In this document: positions 41,896-51,727 of the stretch, one piece after another
Layout: the number at the start of each line of letters is the position of its first letter
Position numbering within the stretch: the stretch's first letter is position 1
Assembly: GCA_021776795.1 (NCBI GenBank)
Contig: JAJFFC010000014.1
Span: 217,771-281,770, forward strand
Direction: 5' to 3'
From: Planctomycetota bacterium
Lineage (GTDB): Bacteria > Planctomycetota > UBA1135
DNA length: 64,000 bases
Translations under genes and position numbers: made by a program
The notes under the pieces: model-generated
The model's input: only the letters and a program-made list of their open reading frames with translations
Database searches by the model: none
Told to the model about the DNA's origin: nothing

Positions 41896-42595
41896 AGCTT
41901 CCCCCATCCTCCAAGCCACTGGCTTGTGCAAACGCTACCGCGTCGGCAGTGGCTGGCTCAATGTCTTGAAAAGCGTCGACATCGACTTGCATGTCGGTAC
42001 CGTGACCGGGCTTACCGGCACCTCGGGCAGTGGCAAAAGTACTCTACTCCACCTACTTGGACTGATGGATCGTCCCGACCAAGGCCAGGTCTTGCTGCGC
42101 GGCCAAGCGATTCACAAGCTACGTTCGAGTGCCTCGGCCAAAGTGCGCGCTAGCAGCATTGGCTTTGTGTTCCAACAGTTCCAACTGCTGGAAGAACTCA
42201 CCGCGATAGAAAACGTGTTGCTTCCCAGGCGCATTGCCTGCGCTGGCCAATGGCGATCGCGCAAGACCCAAGAACGCGAATCCGCCGCACGTTTGATGGA
42301 AGAGGTTGGACTCGGAGAGCGCATGCGCCACCGCCCCACCCAACTCTCTGGTGGCGAGCAGCAGCGCGTCGCTGTTGCGCGCGCCCTAGTGTCTTCTCCA
42401 CCCGTGTTGTTTGCCGATGAGCCCACCGGCAATCTCGACCGCAAAACCGGCGAAGAAGTTCTAGAACTCTTGTTGAACTTGGCACGCGATCGCGGCACCG
42501 CAGTTCTTTTGGCCACGCACGATATGAGCATCGCCGGCCGCTGTGATTCTCGTGTGCACCTACGCGACGGAGAGCGCGTGGAGCCCCCTGCATGA
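41888..42595 (+). CDS. lolD: ABC transporter ATP-binding protein (LolD-like)
   Basis: GTSGSGKSTLLH, IGFVFQ, LSGGEQQRVAVARAL and ADEPTGNLD; sits between two LolC/E permeases after lysS. Confidence 0.85.
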   Translation: MSEASPILQATGLCKRYRVGSGWLNVLKSVDIDLHVGTVTGLTGTSGSGKSTLLHLLGLMDRPDQGQVLLRGQAIHKLRSSASAKVRASSIGFVFQQFQLLEELTAIENVLLPRRIACAGQWRSRKTQERESAARLMEEVGLGERMRHRPTQLSGGEQQRVAVARALVSSPPVLFADEPTGNLDRKTGEEVLELLLNLARDRGTAVLLATHDMSIAGRCDSRVHLRDGERVEPPA

Positions 42596-43806
42596 TCGGA
42601 CTCGCCTGGGCCTATTTCCGCCGCCGCATCATTTTGGTGACGGCTGCTTGCGGCATTATGCTCGGGGTGGCCGTGTTGGTCACGGTTTTAGGGGTCTTCC
42701 AGGGCTTCTTGCTGGAGTTCCAAGGCAGCATTCGTCAATTTTCTGGCGACATGGTGTTGCAGGTTCCGCGCTATGCCGAGGGCGGCGAGCAAGAACTGGA
42801 AGAGCTTTTACTGGAACAACCGGAAATTGTCACCGCCCAACCGCATTTGGATTGGTTTGGCCTCGTGGGCAGGCGTGGCAGTCGCTCGCTCACCGACCCG
42901 CGCAGCGCCGACCTCAATGGCTTGGTTTTGCTGGGCGTCGATGAACAGGAACTCGCCATTCCTCCTGCCCAAGAAGAAGGTGCCGTGCCAATGCAGTTAG
43001 GCAAAGTCCTTGCCGACAAACTTGGCCTAGACGTTGGCGACACCATCGAAGTCGTCACCCACCGCAATGGCGCGCGCGGGCCGGTACCTGTGCGCCGCAG
43101 TTTCGAATTGACAGGCACCTTTGCTAGCGGGCGTTTTGATTTAGACCTCGACCGTGCCTTTGTGCGGCGCCAAGATTTGGCCGACCTGGCACGCACCGAA
43201 CCAAGCGTGACCAGTTACAAAGTCATGTTGCGCGAAGACGTCGACGCCGACCTCTTTCGCGAAGAGCTCGAGCAGCGATTGGAAGCGGCCCGACTCGGCC
43301 CCTTTAGTACGCCGCGCATCCGCACCTGGCGCGACCTCGGCGGCAACTTTTTGCGCGCGGTCGAAAACCAGAAGGGCATGCTCGCCACCGTGTTCTCCTT
43401 CATCATTTTGGTGGCGGCCTATCAGTTGATTGCGACCTTGCTACTCACGGTGACGGAAAAGCGCCGCGACATCGGCGTGCTTGGCGCACTCGGTGCTTCG
43501 CCCGGGCGCATTGTGTTGTTCTTTGTCGGCCTGGGTCTCATGATTGCCACCATTGGCACTGCCATGGGTCTGCTGTTGGGCTGGTGGTTGATCGAAAACT
43601 TGGATCGCGTGGAGCTGTGGCTTGGAGGTGGCAAGCCGATCTTCTTACCCGAGGTCTACAAGTTCGACCACATTCCGGTCGCCGTCGATTTCCCGGCTAT
43701 CCTGATGGTGGTCGGCGCCACTCTGGCCGCTGCAGCGCTGTTTAGTTTGCTACCAGCTTGGCGTGCAGCCCGTATGCGGATTGTCCACGCCCTGGACCGC
43801 CGCTAA
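42592..43806 (+). CDS. LolC/E (FtsX-like) ABC transporter permease
   Basis: GVAVLVTVLGVFQGF, VTEKRRDIGVLGALGA and PAWRAARM. Confidence 0.88.
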   Translation: MIGLAWAYFRRRIILVTAACGIMLGVAVLVTVLGVFQGFLLEFQGSIRQFSGDMVLQVPRYAEGGEQELEELLLEQPEIVTAQPHLDWFGLVGRRGSRSLTDPRSADLNGLVLLGVDEQELAIPPAQEEGAVPMQLGKVLADKLGLDVGDTIEVVTHRNGARGPVPVRRSFELTGTFASGRFDLDLDRAFVRRQDLADLARTEPSVTSYKVMLREDVDADLFREELEQRLEAARLGPFSTPRIRTWRDLGGNFLRAVENQKGMLATVFSFIILVAAYQLIATLLLTVTEKRRDIGVLGALGASPGRIVLFFVGLGLMIATIGTAMGLLLGWWLIENLDRVELWLGGGKPIFLPEVYKFDHIPVAVDFPAILMVVGATLAAAALFSLLPAWRAARMRIVHALDRR

Positions 43807-44739
43807 ATGAAGCCCCCTCTGCTCTGCCTCACAGCCCTAGTGCTGATTCCGCTGAGCTCCGTAGCCTGCTCGTCCGCCATGTCTCCCGTCCCTAGTCCCC
43901 GCCCCAACATTAGCCTGCCCACGATGGGCGGCAAGCAGCTTTGGGCGGATATCCGCTGGCAAGGTGGTTGGCGCGTGCAAGAGCATGCACTTACGAGACA
44001 TGCCCGCGTGCTCGACCCTGGTGATGTCCGCCGCGCTTGGGGACCGCTTGAGGAATGCCTGGAGGTCTTGGAAGCCAAGGCGCCAGCGCCCCCAGCGCCG
44101 GGTCAAGGCGGGCCATTGGTCGTGATGCTTCACGGCTTGGGCCGTAGCCATTCCGTTTGGGGAACCATGGAAACCGCGCTCAAGGAAGACGGCTTCACTG
44201 TGGTGGCTCTGTCCTATCCGAGCACGCAGCGTAGCCCACAAGACCATGCCGAGGTTCTCTCCTCCTTGTTGCGCCATGTTCATGGTTACACCAGTGTGAG
44301 TTTCGTGACTCACAGCATGGGTGGCATTTTGGTGCGCGAACTACTCACCAGCGTCAACGCCGAATGGCAAAAGGAGCTGCCGCCGATGCGTGCCGTCATG
44401 CTCGCGCCGCCCAACCAAGGTTCCGCCCTGGCACGTCACCTCAGCGTGTTCAAACCGCTGCATTGGATAGCCGGCAACGCCGGACGCGCTTTGACTCCAG
44501 AGGCCATGGCCGAGCGCCCCGCCCCGGAGTTGCCGATCTTGATCATCGCTGGTTCGCGTGGAGAGAAAGACGGCTGGAATCGGTTGATTCCAGGAGACGA
44601 CGATGGCGTCGTCGGTGTCGAAGAGACTCGCCTGGATGGCGCCCAAGAGCATTTGGTCATTCGCGGCATCCATACCTTTCTGATGAAGCAGCCCGTCGCG
44701 ATTGATGCCACACGGCGCTTCCTGGCATTAGGCATCTGA
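43807..44739 (+). CDS. Alpha/beta hydrolase (lipase-like), probable lipoprotein
   Basis: Lipobox SVAC; MLHGLGRS, THSMGG nucleophile elbow, APPNQGS, DDGVV and HTFLM. Confidence 0.88.
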   Translation: MKPPLLCLTALVLIPLSSVACSSAMSPVPSPRPNISLPTMGGKQLWADIRWQGGWRVQEHALTRHARVLDPGDVRRAWGPLEECLEVLEAKAPAPPAPGQGGPLVVMLHGLGRSHSVWGTMETALKEDGFTVVALSYPSTQRSPQDHAEVLSSLLRHVHGYTSVSFVTHSMGGILVRELLTSVNAEWQKELPPMRAVMLAPPNQGSALARHLSVFKPLHWIAGNAGRALTPEAMAERPAPELPILIIAGSRGEKDGWNRLIPGDDDGVVGVEETRLDGAQEHLVIRGIHTFLMKQPVAIDATRRFLALGI

Positions 44740-44825
44740 GGCTGTCCACATTGGGGATTTCCAGTTAAGCTGGAGGGCGCCTGAATTGCGCATTCCTTGG
44801 GCCACTTCTGCCTACATGTTCCCCC

Positions 44826-46535
44826 ATGAAAATCGCTCTCCACCTCTTATGCCTGAGCCTGCTCAGCCCTCTCTCCGCGCAAGACATTCGCGACCCCCAG
44901 CGTCTACACCCCACACAGAGCATTCTTGGCTTTGGGCGTTCCGTTGCTTCTGAGGGCGATGTAAGCTGCGCCGTTTGGACTGAAACCTCGCCCAACTATT
45001 TTGTGTGGACTTCAGTTTCTGATGGCAGGGGCGAAACATGGTCGGCGCCGATTCGCCTCGACACCGATGTCACTAGCGAGGCCAAAATCACACAGATTGA
45101 TTCGGTCGCGATTTCTGGACAGAATATTTATGTCTACTGGCGCGACGATCGCGTCACCGGCACTGACGACGACATCTTCTTCACTTACTCCCCCAATGGC
45201 GGACTGAGTTGGGCGGTAGACCGCCGTATCGATGATGGTTATGCCGCCGGAACTCAGGCGGTGCGCAATGCTGCCATGGCAGCGGACTCACCCTATGTCT
45301 ACATCGCCATGCGCGTCGATGGGCCTTCCGGCAACGATGAGATTTGGGTCAGCGCTTCGCAAGACGATGGCGTCTCCTTCGCTCCTGCGGTGTACATTTC
45401 GAGCTTGGCCGCTGGCACTGCCGATGCGATTAACGTGGCCATCGACGCGCAAGGTGACACCTGTCACGTCGCCTGGGCCGATGACCGCCAAGGTATTGGC
45501 GAAGAGGTTTGGTATCAACGCAGCTCCGATGGCGGCGCCACTTGGCTTGCTGCCGATGTGCAGCTGGACAGTTCGCCTGCGGGGGCTGGCGATGCGCAAA
45601 CCAGCACCATGGTGATTGCCGCGGACGGCAGCAACGTCGCCGTGTCATGGCAAGAAGAGCGCACAAGCGCGAGCAATGAAGAGTTGTACTTCAATGTCTC
45701 ACAAGACGGTGGTAACACTTGGCTCGCCAACGATGTGGTGGTCGGTAACTACGACCCACTCACCGATGATGTCGATTTCAACTCGATGGCGCTCAAAGGT
45801 AACACCATCTTGTTTGCTTGGCGCGACAATCGCACCCTGCTCGATCAGGTCTATGCCGCAACCACTTCAGACTTCGGCACCACCATCCACGAGGTGGTCA
45901 TTAACCTAGAAGATGACAACACCTCGCCCCTGGCCTACGCCTGGGATGAACTTCTGGCGATTAGTTATGCCGGTGGCATCACCCCGCAAGACCACCGCGT
46001 GGTGATTAGCCGCGATGGTGGTGCGACCTTTAGCGGGGAGTATTCCCTCAGCAAAGGCTTGATTGGCGATACCGATGAAACCGCCTTGGCTTTCAATGAG
46101 TACTATCGCAACATCATTGGTGTTTGGCAGCAGGATGATCCTGGTACCAATCATATTTATGTCGGCGGCTTCCGCCCGCAGTTCCTCGACCCGATGGCAT
46201 TGACCACTGGAGTCCCCCTTGTCTGGACCGGCGGCGGTTACCCCGCATCGAGCGTGGGCCAGCCGATGATTGTGGTCATCTCCGATGCCCCCGGCACTCT
46301 CATGACTCCCGACGGACGCGATACTGGTTTGGCGAATGGCCCCTTCTTTGAGTTCACGACCAAGCCCAGCAACTTCATCCAGGGCACCATTCTGACGGAT
46401 GGTAGCGCCACCACTGCGGCTGTCACGCTTCCTGTCTCTCTGGTTGGCTTCACCTTGCACATGATTGGTGTGAACTACGAGCCCGGCGTCGGCCCAGGTC
46501 CCATCACGACTGTGCAGACGGCCATCGTGATGTAA
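44826..46535 (+). CDS. Secreted BNR/Asp-box (sialidase-like) repeat protein with a C-terminal beta domain
   Basis: Signal peptide; Asp boxes SPNGGLSW, SQDDGVSF, SSDGGATW, SQDGGNTW and SRDGGATF. Confidence 0.85.
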   Translation: MKIALHLLCLSLLSPLSAQDIRDPQRLHPTQSILGFGRSVASEGDVSCAVWTETSPNYFVWTSVSDGRGETWSAPIRLDTDVTSEAKITQIDSVAISGQNIYVYWRDDRVTGTDDDIFFTYSPNGGLSWAVDRRIDDGYAAGTQAVRNAAMAADSPYVYIAMRVDGPSGNDEIWVSASQDDGVSFAPAVYISSLAAGTADAINVAIDAQGDTCHVAWADDRQGIGEEVWYQRSSDGGATWLAADVQLDSSPAGAGDAQTSTMVIAADGSNVAVSWQEERTSASNEELYFNVSQDGGNTWLANDVVVGNYDPLTDDVDFNSMALKGNTILFAWRDNRTLLDQVYAATTSDFGTTIHEVVINLEDDNTSPLAYAWDELLAISYAGGITPQDHRVVISRDGGATFSGEYSLSKGLIGDTDETALAFNEYYRNIIGVWQQDDPGTNHIYVGGFRPQFLDPMALTTGVPLVWTGGGYPASSVGQPMIVVISDAPGTLMTPDGRDTGLANGPFFEFTTKPSNFIQGTILTDGSATTAAVTLPVSLVGFTLHMIGVNYEPGVGPGPITTVQTAIVM

Positions 46536-46546
46536 GCTAGACCATC

Positions 46547-46981
46547 ATGGTCAGTACCCCCTTCCGTTCTGGCCCTCTTGCCATTCTTGGCGCGGGGGCT
46601 ATTGCATTAGGCTCCTTTGCACCCGCCGCCGATGTCGCCCTCTACGGCGAGGTCAGCTATTGGAATGCCGCAGGTCCGGAAGCGACGGTCATGCTTGCGG
46701 CCACACTACTCACCGTGTTTTGTTTACTGACTGGACGCGCGTGGTGGGCACGCATTGCCGTGCTATTGGTTTGGGCGTCCTTATTGTGGCCCTATTTGCA
46801 AGGTCTTTGGGAACCGGAGCCCGATGGTTTCCTCGAAAGTGCGCTTTCCTCTGCGGTAGAGACCACCACGGGATGGGCAACCGACATTGCCCTGAACTTC
46901 GTCGACATGTCCTGGGGCATGCTGGTGCTTGCGCTTGGCTGTGTCAGCCTCACTTTGGCTGCCTACCAACGCCGGCGCTAA
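46547..46981 (+). CDS. Hypothetical membrane protein
   Basis: About 4 hydrophobic segments; fills the gap; 4-nt convergent overlap with chrA. Confidence 0.65.
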   Translation: MVSTPFRSGPLAILGAGAIALGSFAPAADVALYGEVSYWNAAGPEATVMLAATLLTVFCLLTGRAWWARIAVLLVWASLLWPYLQGLWEPEPDGFLESALSSAVETTTGWATDIALNFVDMSWGMLVLALGCVSLTLAAYQRRR

Positions 46982-48162
46982 AGCAAGGACCAAGAGACAC
47001 TCGCCGCCAAGCACCAGAGAACGGCTTCAAGTGCTGGGCGCCTGAAAAGGGTGAGCATCGCAACCGCAACCAAGCCGATGACAGCATCGGAAGGTTTGAG
47101 AAGCGCGGTGGTGATGATGGGGTCATAGAGTGTGGCAGCGAGCAATCCGACCACGGCGGCGTTGATGCCAGCAATCGCGCGCGAAGCACTAGGATGCTGC
47201 GCTAAGCGCCCCCACCAAGGAAGGACGCCGGCCATCAATAGAAATCCTGGCAGGAAGATGGCGAGAAGGGCAATCGCAGCGCCAGCGGCCCAACCCATGC
47301 CAGTGGGAACGAGTGCGCCAAGATAGGCTGCGAAGGAGAACATCGGCCCGGGAATGGCTTGGGAAGCTCCATAACCAGCCAAGAAATCTTCCTGCGAGAT
47401 CAAGCCGGGAGTGACCACGGCATCTTCTAACAAAGGCAACACCACATGGCCCCCACCAAAGACTAAGGCGCCGGCGCGGTAGAAGGCATCGGCCAAGGAG
47501 ATCCAATCGCCGTTTTCTTGCGGCAGTAAGGGCAACGCGAAGAGCAACAGAAAAAAGCTCACCAGCAACCAAGTGCCGGTCCGCAGGCGCAGATGTTGGG
47601 TGAAGTTTGGGCCCAAGGCGAGCTCCTTTTCGCAGCATAGGAAGAACCCCAAAACGGCGCCGCCTACAACCACCCATAGTTGCGCCATGGGGGTGCTCAT
47701 CAAGATCAGGAATAACAGAGCCGCAAGGGCAATCGCAGCCCGCCGTAAATCTGGGCATAGCTTGCGCACCATGCCACGCAAGGCATGAGCGACCACCGCG
47801 AAGGCCACAATCTTCAGTCCGTGGATTGCCGCTTGGCTGACCTCGCCGGAGAGCTTGGGCAGAAGGCTGGCAAAGGCCACCAACAGGATTGCTGAGGGCA
47901 GGGTAAAGGCGGCAAAGGCGGCGAAAGCACCACGCCAACCCGCGCGCATGAGGCCCAAACTAAAGCCAAGTTGGCTGCTGGCGGGGCCCGGCAGGAACTG
48001 GCTGATCGCCAAGAGCTGTGCGAATTCTTCTTCGCTCACCCATTTCCGCTTTTCGACCAGCTCGGCACGGAAATACCCGAGGTGTGCCATGGGACCTCCA
48101 AAAGAGGTCAAGCCTAAGCGCAAAAACACGCGCAGTACTTCGGTGGCACTTGCCGAGGTCAT
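46978..48162 (-). CDS. chrA: Chromate efflux transporter (long-chain CHR family)
   Basis: FLRLGLTSFGGPMAHLGYF, QFLPGPASSQ, GALVFGGGHVVLPLL and AIPGPMF. Confidence 0.93.
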   Translation of the reverse strand: MTSASATEVLRVFLRLGLTSFGGPMAHLGYFRAELVEKRKWVSEEEFAQLLAISQFLPGPASSQLGFSLGLMRAGWRGAFAAFAAFTLPSAILLVAFASLLPKLSGEVSQAAIHGLKIVAFAVVAHALRGMVRKLCPDLRRAAIALAALLFLILMSTPMAQLWVVVGGAVLGFFLCCEKELALGPNFTQHLRLRTGTWLLVSFFLLLFALPLLPQENGDWISLADAFYRAGALVFGGGHVVLPLLEDAVVTPGLISQEDFLAGYGASQAIPGPMFSFAAYLGALVPTGMGWAAGAAIALLAIFLPGFLLMAGVLPWWGRLAQHPSASRAIAGINAAVVGLLAATLYDPIITTALLKPSDAVIGLVAVAMLTLFRRPALEAVLWCLAASVSWSLL

Positions 48163-48171
48163 GTCGGCATC

Positions 48172-49128
48172 TTAGCCCGCCTGATCACGCCATTGCTCAC
48201 ACAAGTCTTTGGCAGCGGATGGCCAATCGGCGTATGGAAAGGCGAAGCCATCGTCCTGGAGTCGTTTCGGGACGACGCGGCGGCTTTTGAGAATCAACTC
48301 GCTTTCCGTGCGCAGGAAGATTGCGCCGAGTTCGAGCATCCATGCGGTGGCAGGCAATCCAATGCGCGCCCCCCAGGCTTCGCGTAAGGCCTTTATGAAT
48401 TCGCGATTGGGCAAGGGGTGTGGCGAGGAAAGGTTGACCGCACCCTGCAAATGTTCTTTGGCAATGAGCCAATTGACAGCAGCGAGAAAGTCTTGCTCAT
48501 GAATCCAGGACACGTATTGCTTTCCGTTGCCACTGGTTCCGCCTAAGCCGCGGCGCACCAGACCTAACAAGGTCGCAAAAATGCCACCAGGATCGGCGGA
48601 CATCACCATCGCGGAACGCAAGGCGACTTTGCGCGTGTGGGGAGTTTCGGCTTGTTCCAGTTCGCGCTCCCATGCCTTGGCGATCTCAATGCTGAACTGC
48701 CATTTCGATTCCGGCTCCCCATCGGAGCCAGGAATCCGCCCGGTCTCTTCGTCATTGGGGGCATCGAAGCGATGCGAGTAAATCGTCGCAGTACTCGCTT
48801 GCAGCCAAACCGCCGGCGCGTGCTTCGCTTGATGAATGGCTTGGCCAATGACCCGTGTGGAATCTACCCGAGAATCCATCATCTGTTGGCGATTGGCATC
48901 GGTGTAACGACAGTTAACCGTGCGACCAGCAAGGTTGATGACGACATCGGCGCCGTCGATCTGTTGTGCCCAATCTCCCAGGGTTTTGCCATCCCAGGCT
49001 ACCTCGGGCCAAGAGTGCTGGTGCTTGGGCCCCCGCGAAAGGACCACGACACGATGTCCACCGGCCACGAAATGCCGCGCCAAGCTGACACCCACTTGCC
49101 CGGATCCACCTGCCAGGACCAACTTCAT
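48172..49128 (-). CDS. TIGR01777-family NAD-dependent epimerase/oxidoreductase
   Basis: LAGGSGQVG, VINLAG, SRVDST, GKQYVSWIH and SRRVVPKRL..GFAF. Confidence 0.92.
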   Translation of the reverse strand: MKLVLAGGSGQVGVSLARHFVAGGHRVVVLSRGPKHQHSWPEVAWDGKTLGDWAQQIDGADVVINLAGRTVNCRYTDANRQQMMDSRVDSTRVIGQAIHQAKHAPAVWLQASTATIYSHRFDAPNDEETGRIPGSDGEPESKWQFSIEIAKAWERELEQAETPHTRKVALRSAMVMSADPGGIFATLLGLVRRGLGGTSGNGKQYVSWIHEQDFLAAVNWLIAKEHLQGAVNLSSPHPLPNREFIKALREAWGARIGLPATAWMLELGAIFLRTESELILKSRRVVPKRLQDDGFAFPYADWPSAAKDLCEQWRDQAG

Positions 49129-49143
49129 GAATCCGACCTTGGT

Positions 49144-50262
49144 CTAAGGAAGCACGTGCAGAGTGTGGACGTCAGTTGCGGCGTATTGACCATTTTGCGC
49201 CAAGGCACTCAGGCATAGGCCCTGGAACAGCAAAGTGCTGCCGGCAGCCAGATTGGGAACGGCGAAGGTCCATGCCGCTCCACCAGCGGGAAGCGAAGCA
49301 CTGACTACCAGACGGCGATCCGCAAGTGGATCGAGGAAGACATCGGTCGTTCCTGACAGCGGCGTGAGGCCATGTGCATTGGGTGCAAGTCGACCATGCA
49401 GCGCGACGGCTTCGCCATTCAACGTACCCAAGGGCGAGCTCAGTTCCATGGTCCAAGCCGAACCGGCAGTCGTAGTTTTGACATCGGCCGGAGGCGTGCT
49501 GCTGAGTTGACCGGGAGCACCGGAAGCCAACTGGAAGTCATCGGCCGTGCCAGGATAAACGGCATCGGACCTTTGGATGTCGAGGTCACTGGCGGAGACA
49601 AAGACCTCGCCCACGGGATCATCGCGCTGCCACGCAATCCACAACACATGATGGCCATCGCGATCGCCAGGGATGTCCAAGTCAAAGGTGTAGGTGTTGC
49701 CATTAAGCACCGGGTTCGGGCGCTCCAGGAACTCCATCTGACCCCAGGTCAGAGGCATGTTCGGATTCCAAGAAGGCTTGGTCATCCACACGTCCCAGAC
49801 GTTGGGGTTGTGCACTGCCGTCGCCAAGAACTCCACGGTGATGGACTGACCGGCAGGCACCGCGGTCTTCGGCCAATCGGGGCTCACCTGATCGAGGCCC
49901 GCATAAGTGCGCGGATACTCTGCGGATTGCGGGTCAGTGCGGCCAGCACTGGCAAGTTCGCCATCGGGCATCCACGGCGAATAATCAAAGCCAGGAGGCA
50001 AACCTGAGCTCACGGCATCTGGGATATTGCGCGAGACTTCATTCCAACTGTAGTAGGAAAGTATGCCGTCGATGGCCACAGCACTGGCAGCCAAGGGGAA
50101 TCCAGGGTTGTCGGGATTCGCCTGATAAATGTTGTACACCCGGCTCGGCGGGTAGACCACACTGCCATGAGCGAGCACATCGCTGATGCAAAGTAGGAAA
50201 ACAGCGCCCAACGCTAGGTGCAGAGGCGATTTCAGCAGGCGTGGGGCGATGCTCATTTTCAT
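49144..50262 (-). CDS. Lytic polysaccharide monooxygenase (AA10/CBM33) with a C-terminal beta domain
   Basis: Signal peptide ending VLA|HG gives an N-terminal His; PPSR, PDGELASAG, ATAVH (second His), TKPSWNP..PLTW and WQRDDPVGEVF. Confidence 0.88.
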   Translation of the reverse strand: MKMSIAPRLLKSPLHLALGAVFLLCISDVLAHGSVVYPPSRVYNIYQANPDNPGFPLAASAVAIDGILSYYSWNEVSRNIPDAVSSGLPPGFDYSPWMPDGELASAGRTDPQSAEYPRTYAGLDQVSPDWPKTAVPAGQSITVEFLATAVHNPNVWDVWMTKPSWNPNMPLTWGQMEFLERPNPVLNGNTYTFDLDIPGDRDGHHVLWIAWQRDDPVGEVFVSASDLDIQRSDAVYPGTADDFQLASGAPGQLSSTPPADVKTTTAGSAWTMELSSPLGTLNGEAVALHGRLAPNAHGLTPLSGTTDVFLDPLADRRLVVSASLPAGGAAWTFAVPNLAAGSTLLFQGLCLSALAQNGQYAATDVHTLHVLP

Positions 50263-50285
50263 GGCAAGTCCTTTATACTTGACAC

Positions 50286-51725
50286 ATGCGATTATTGCCC
50301 CTTTTCGCCCTGGCCCTGATGGCTTTGGCCCCGCTTCCCGCGCAGGAGCCCGTATTTCACGAAGGCGATGCCAGCAAGCTGAAGGTCAAGGTGGTGAAGA
50401 CCAGCGATTCCCTTGATGGCGAGCCATCGGCCATCCTCATCATTGAGGTGAAGAACCCTACCGAGTATTGGGTCGAACCGCTGTCTTTTGAAATCGCGAT
50501 TAAAAGGAAAAAGGAGCGGAGAACCCTGATTCTTCCACGAGTCCATGCTCCTTTCTATGGACGCGCGGGCCGCGCCGTTCCTCCTGGCGGAAAGCTGCGC
50601 TATCACCTCAATGTTCCAGAGACGGGCAAGTACATCACCAAGTCCAAAACCAAAGTGGTCGATGCGTCGTTCTTCTCGGGAGCCCCGCCGGAGGATCCAC
50701 CAATTTTGGTCGGCGATCTGGAAAAGGCCATCACCGAGATCGATGAAGTGGGCGGGCGCACTAAGTACAGCCACATCCAGCTCGAAAACACCACCGACTT
50801 TTTGGTCGAGGCCATCTTAGAGGCGGACTTTAGCGCACCGAACCATGGCACCACTCTTATTCATATCCTGCTGGAACCCCAAGAGAGAGGTCGTTTTCGG
50901 GTTGAGGGTCCCTATTTAGGAATCTCTCCCTACCCGGCGCGCAGAGGTTCGGACTTAAAGAAGGTGGATTTGGTGGACTGGAGCATGCGCCCCATCGCGA
51001 GTCCTGACCCCGGCGAGGCTTTGCTGCGTGAAGCCTTTGCCAAGCGCATAGCTTGGCCGATTAAAGAGTTTAAGTTCACGGCTTCTTATCATTTAGAAAT
51101 CGATCAGTACGACACTAGGGAACGCGAGCGCGTCAAGATTCAGGACTCCGGCCAATGCATTTCCGAAGGCCAGTTCCCACGCTTCCTTACGGATCAAGGT
51201 ATCGACGAAATATTGAGTTCCATGGGCTCCATTGCCTTGGGATATGCCCACCAAAACATGGCCACGCCTACCTACGAAGATTGGCTCGACGATGGCATTG
51301 TTCGATTGCACAGCCAGGAGGGTGACCTCAGTGTGATTGCGGTCATGCAGACTGGGGATAAGAAAGGACTCACCAAGTATTACTGGGTGAACAATGGCGA
51401 AATTACCCGCGAGGCCAGATTCCCCTTCTCGGGATCTTCGGTGGTGTATGAATATGAGCGTTTAGGAGATCAGTTTGTGGTCACGAAGCGGACCACCGAG
51501 GACCTCAAGGCAGGGCCGGGAGAGATTGACCACTTCTATCTTTTCTTCTATGAACTCGTCGATGGCTTCGCCATTCCTACCGAAGTCCATCATGAAAAGC
51601 GCTTTTCCACCAGCGAGCAAAATGTGGTGGTGCGCGTTCAGTTAAGCGATGTGAAGGTGGAGCCGATTCCTGAGGAGGAAGATGCGGAAGCGGAAGACGC
51701 ACCGGAGAAATCCGATTCTGATTAA
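50286..51725 (+). CDS. Hypothetical secreted protein
   Basis: Signal peptide (LPA|QE); beta-rich 479-aa ORF with an acidic tail; TATACT 6 nt upstream. Confidence 0.75.
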   Translation: MRLLPLFALALMALAPLPAQEPVFHEGDASKLKVKVVKTSDSLDGEPSAILIIEVKNPTEYWVEPLSFEIAIKRKKERRTLILPRVHAPFYGRAGRAVPPGGKLRYHLNVPETGKYITKSKTKVVDASFFSGAPPEDPPILVGDLEKAITEIDEVGGRTKYSHIQLENTTDFLVEAILEADFSAPNHGTTLIHILLEPQERGRFRVEGPYLGISPYPARRGSDLKKVDLVDWSMRPIASPDPGEALLREAFAKRIAWPIKEFKFTASYHLEIDQYDTRERERVKIQDSGQCISEGQFPRFLTDQGIDEILSSMGSIALGYAHQNMATPTYEDWLDDGIVRLHSQEGDLSVIAVMQTGDKKGLTKYYWVNNGEITREARFPFSGSSVVYEYERLGDQFVVTKRTTEDLKAGPGEIDHFYLFFYELVDGFAIPTEVHHEKRFSTSEQNVVVRVQLSDVKVEPIPEEEDAEAEDAPEKSDSD

Positions 51726-51727
51726 AC

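Noticed and set aside
44761-44775. Hairpin TCCAG-TTAAG-CTGGA after the hydrolase gene, as a terminator
   Set aside because: Short stem and no U tract
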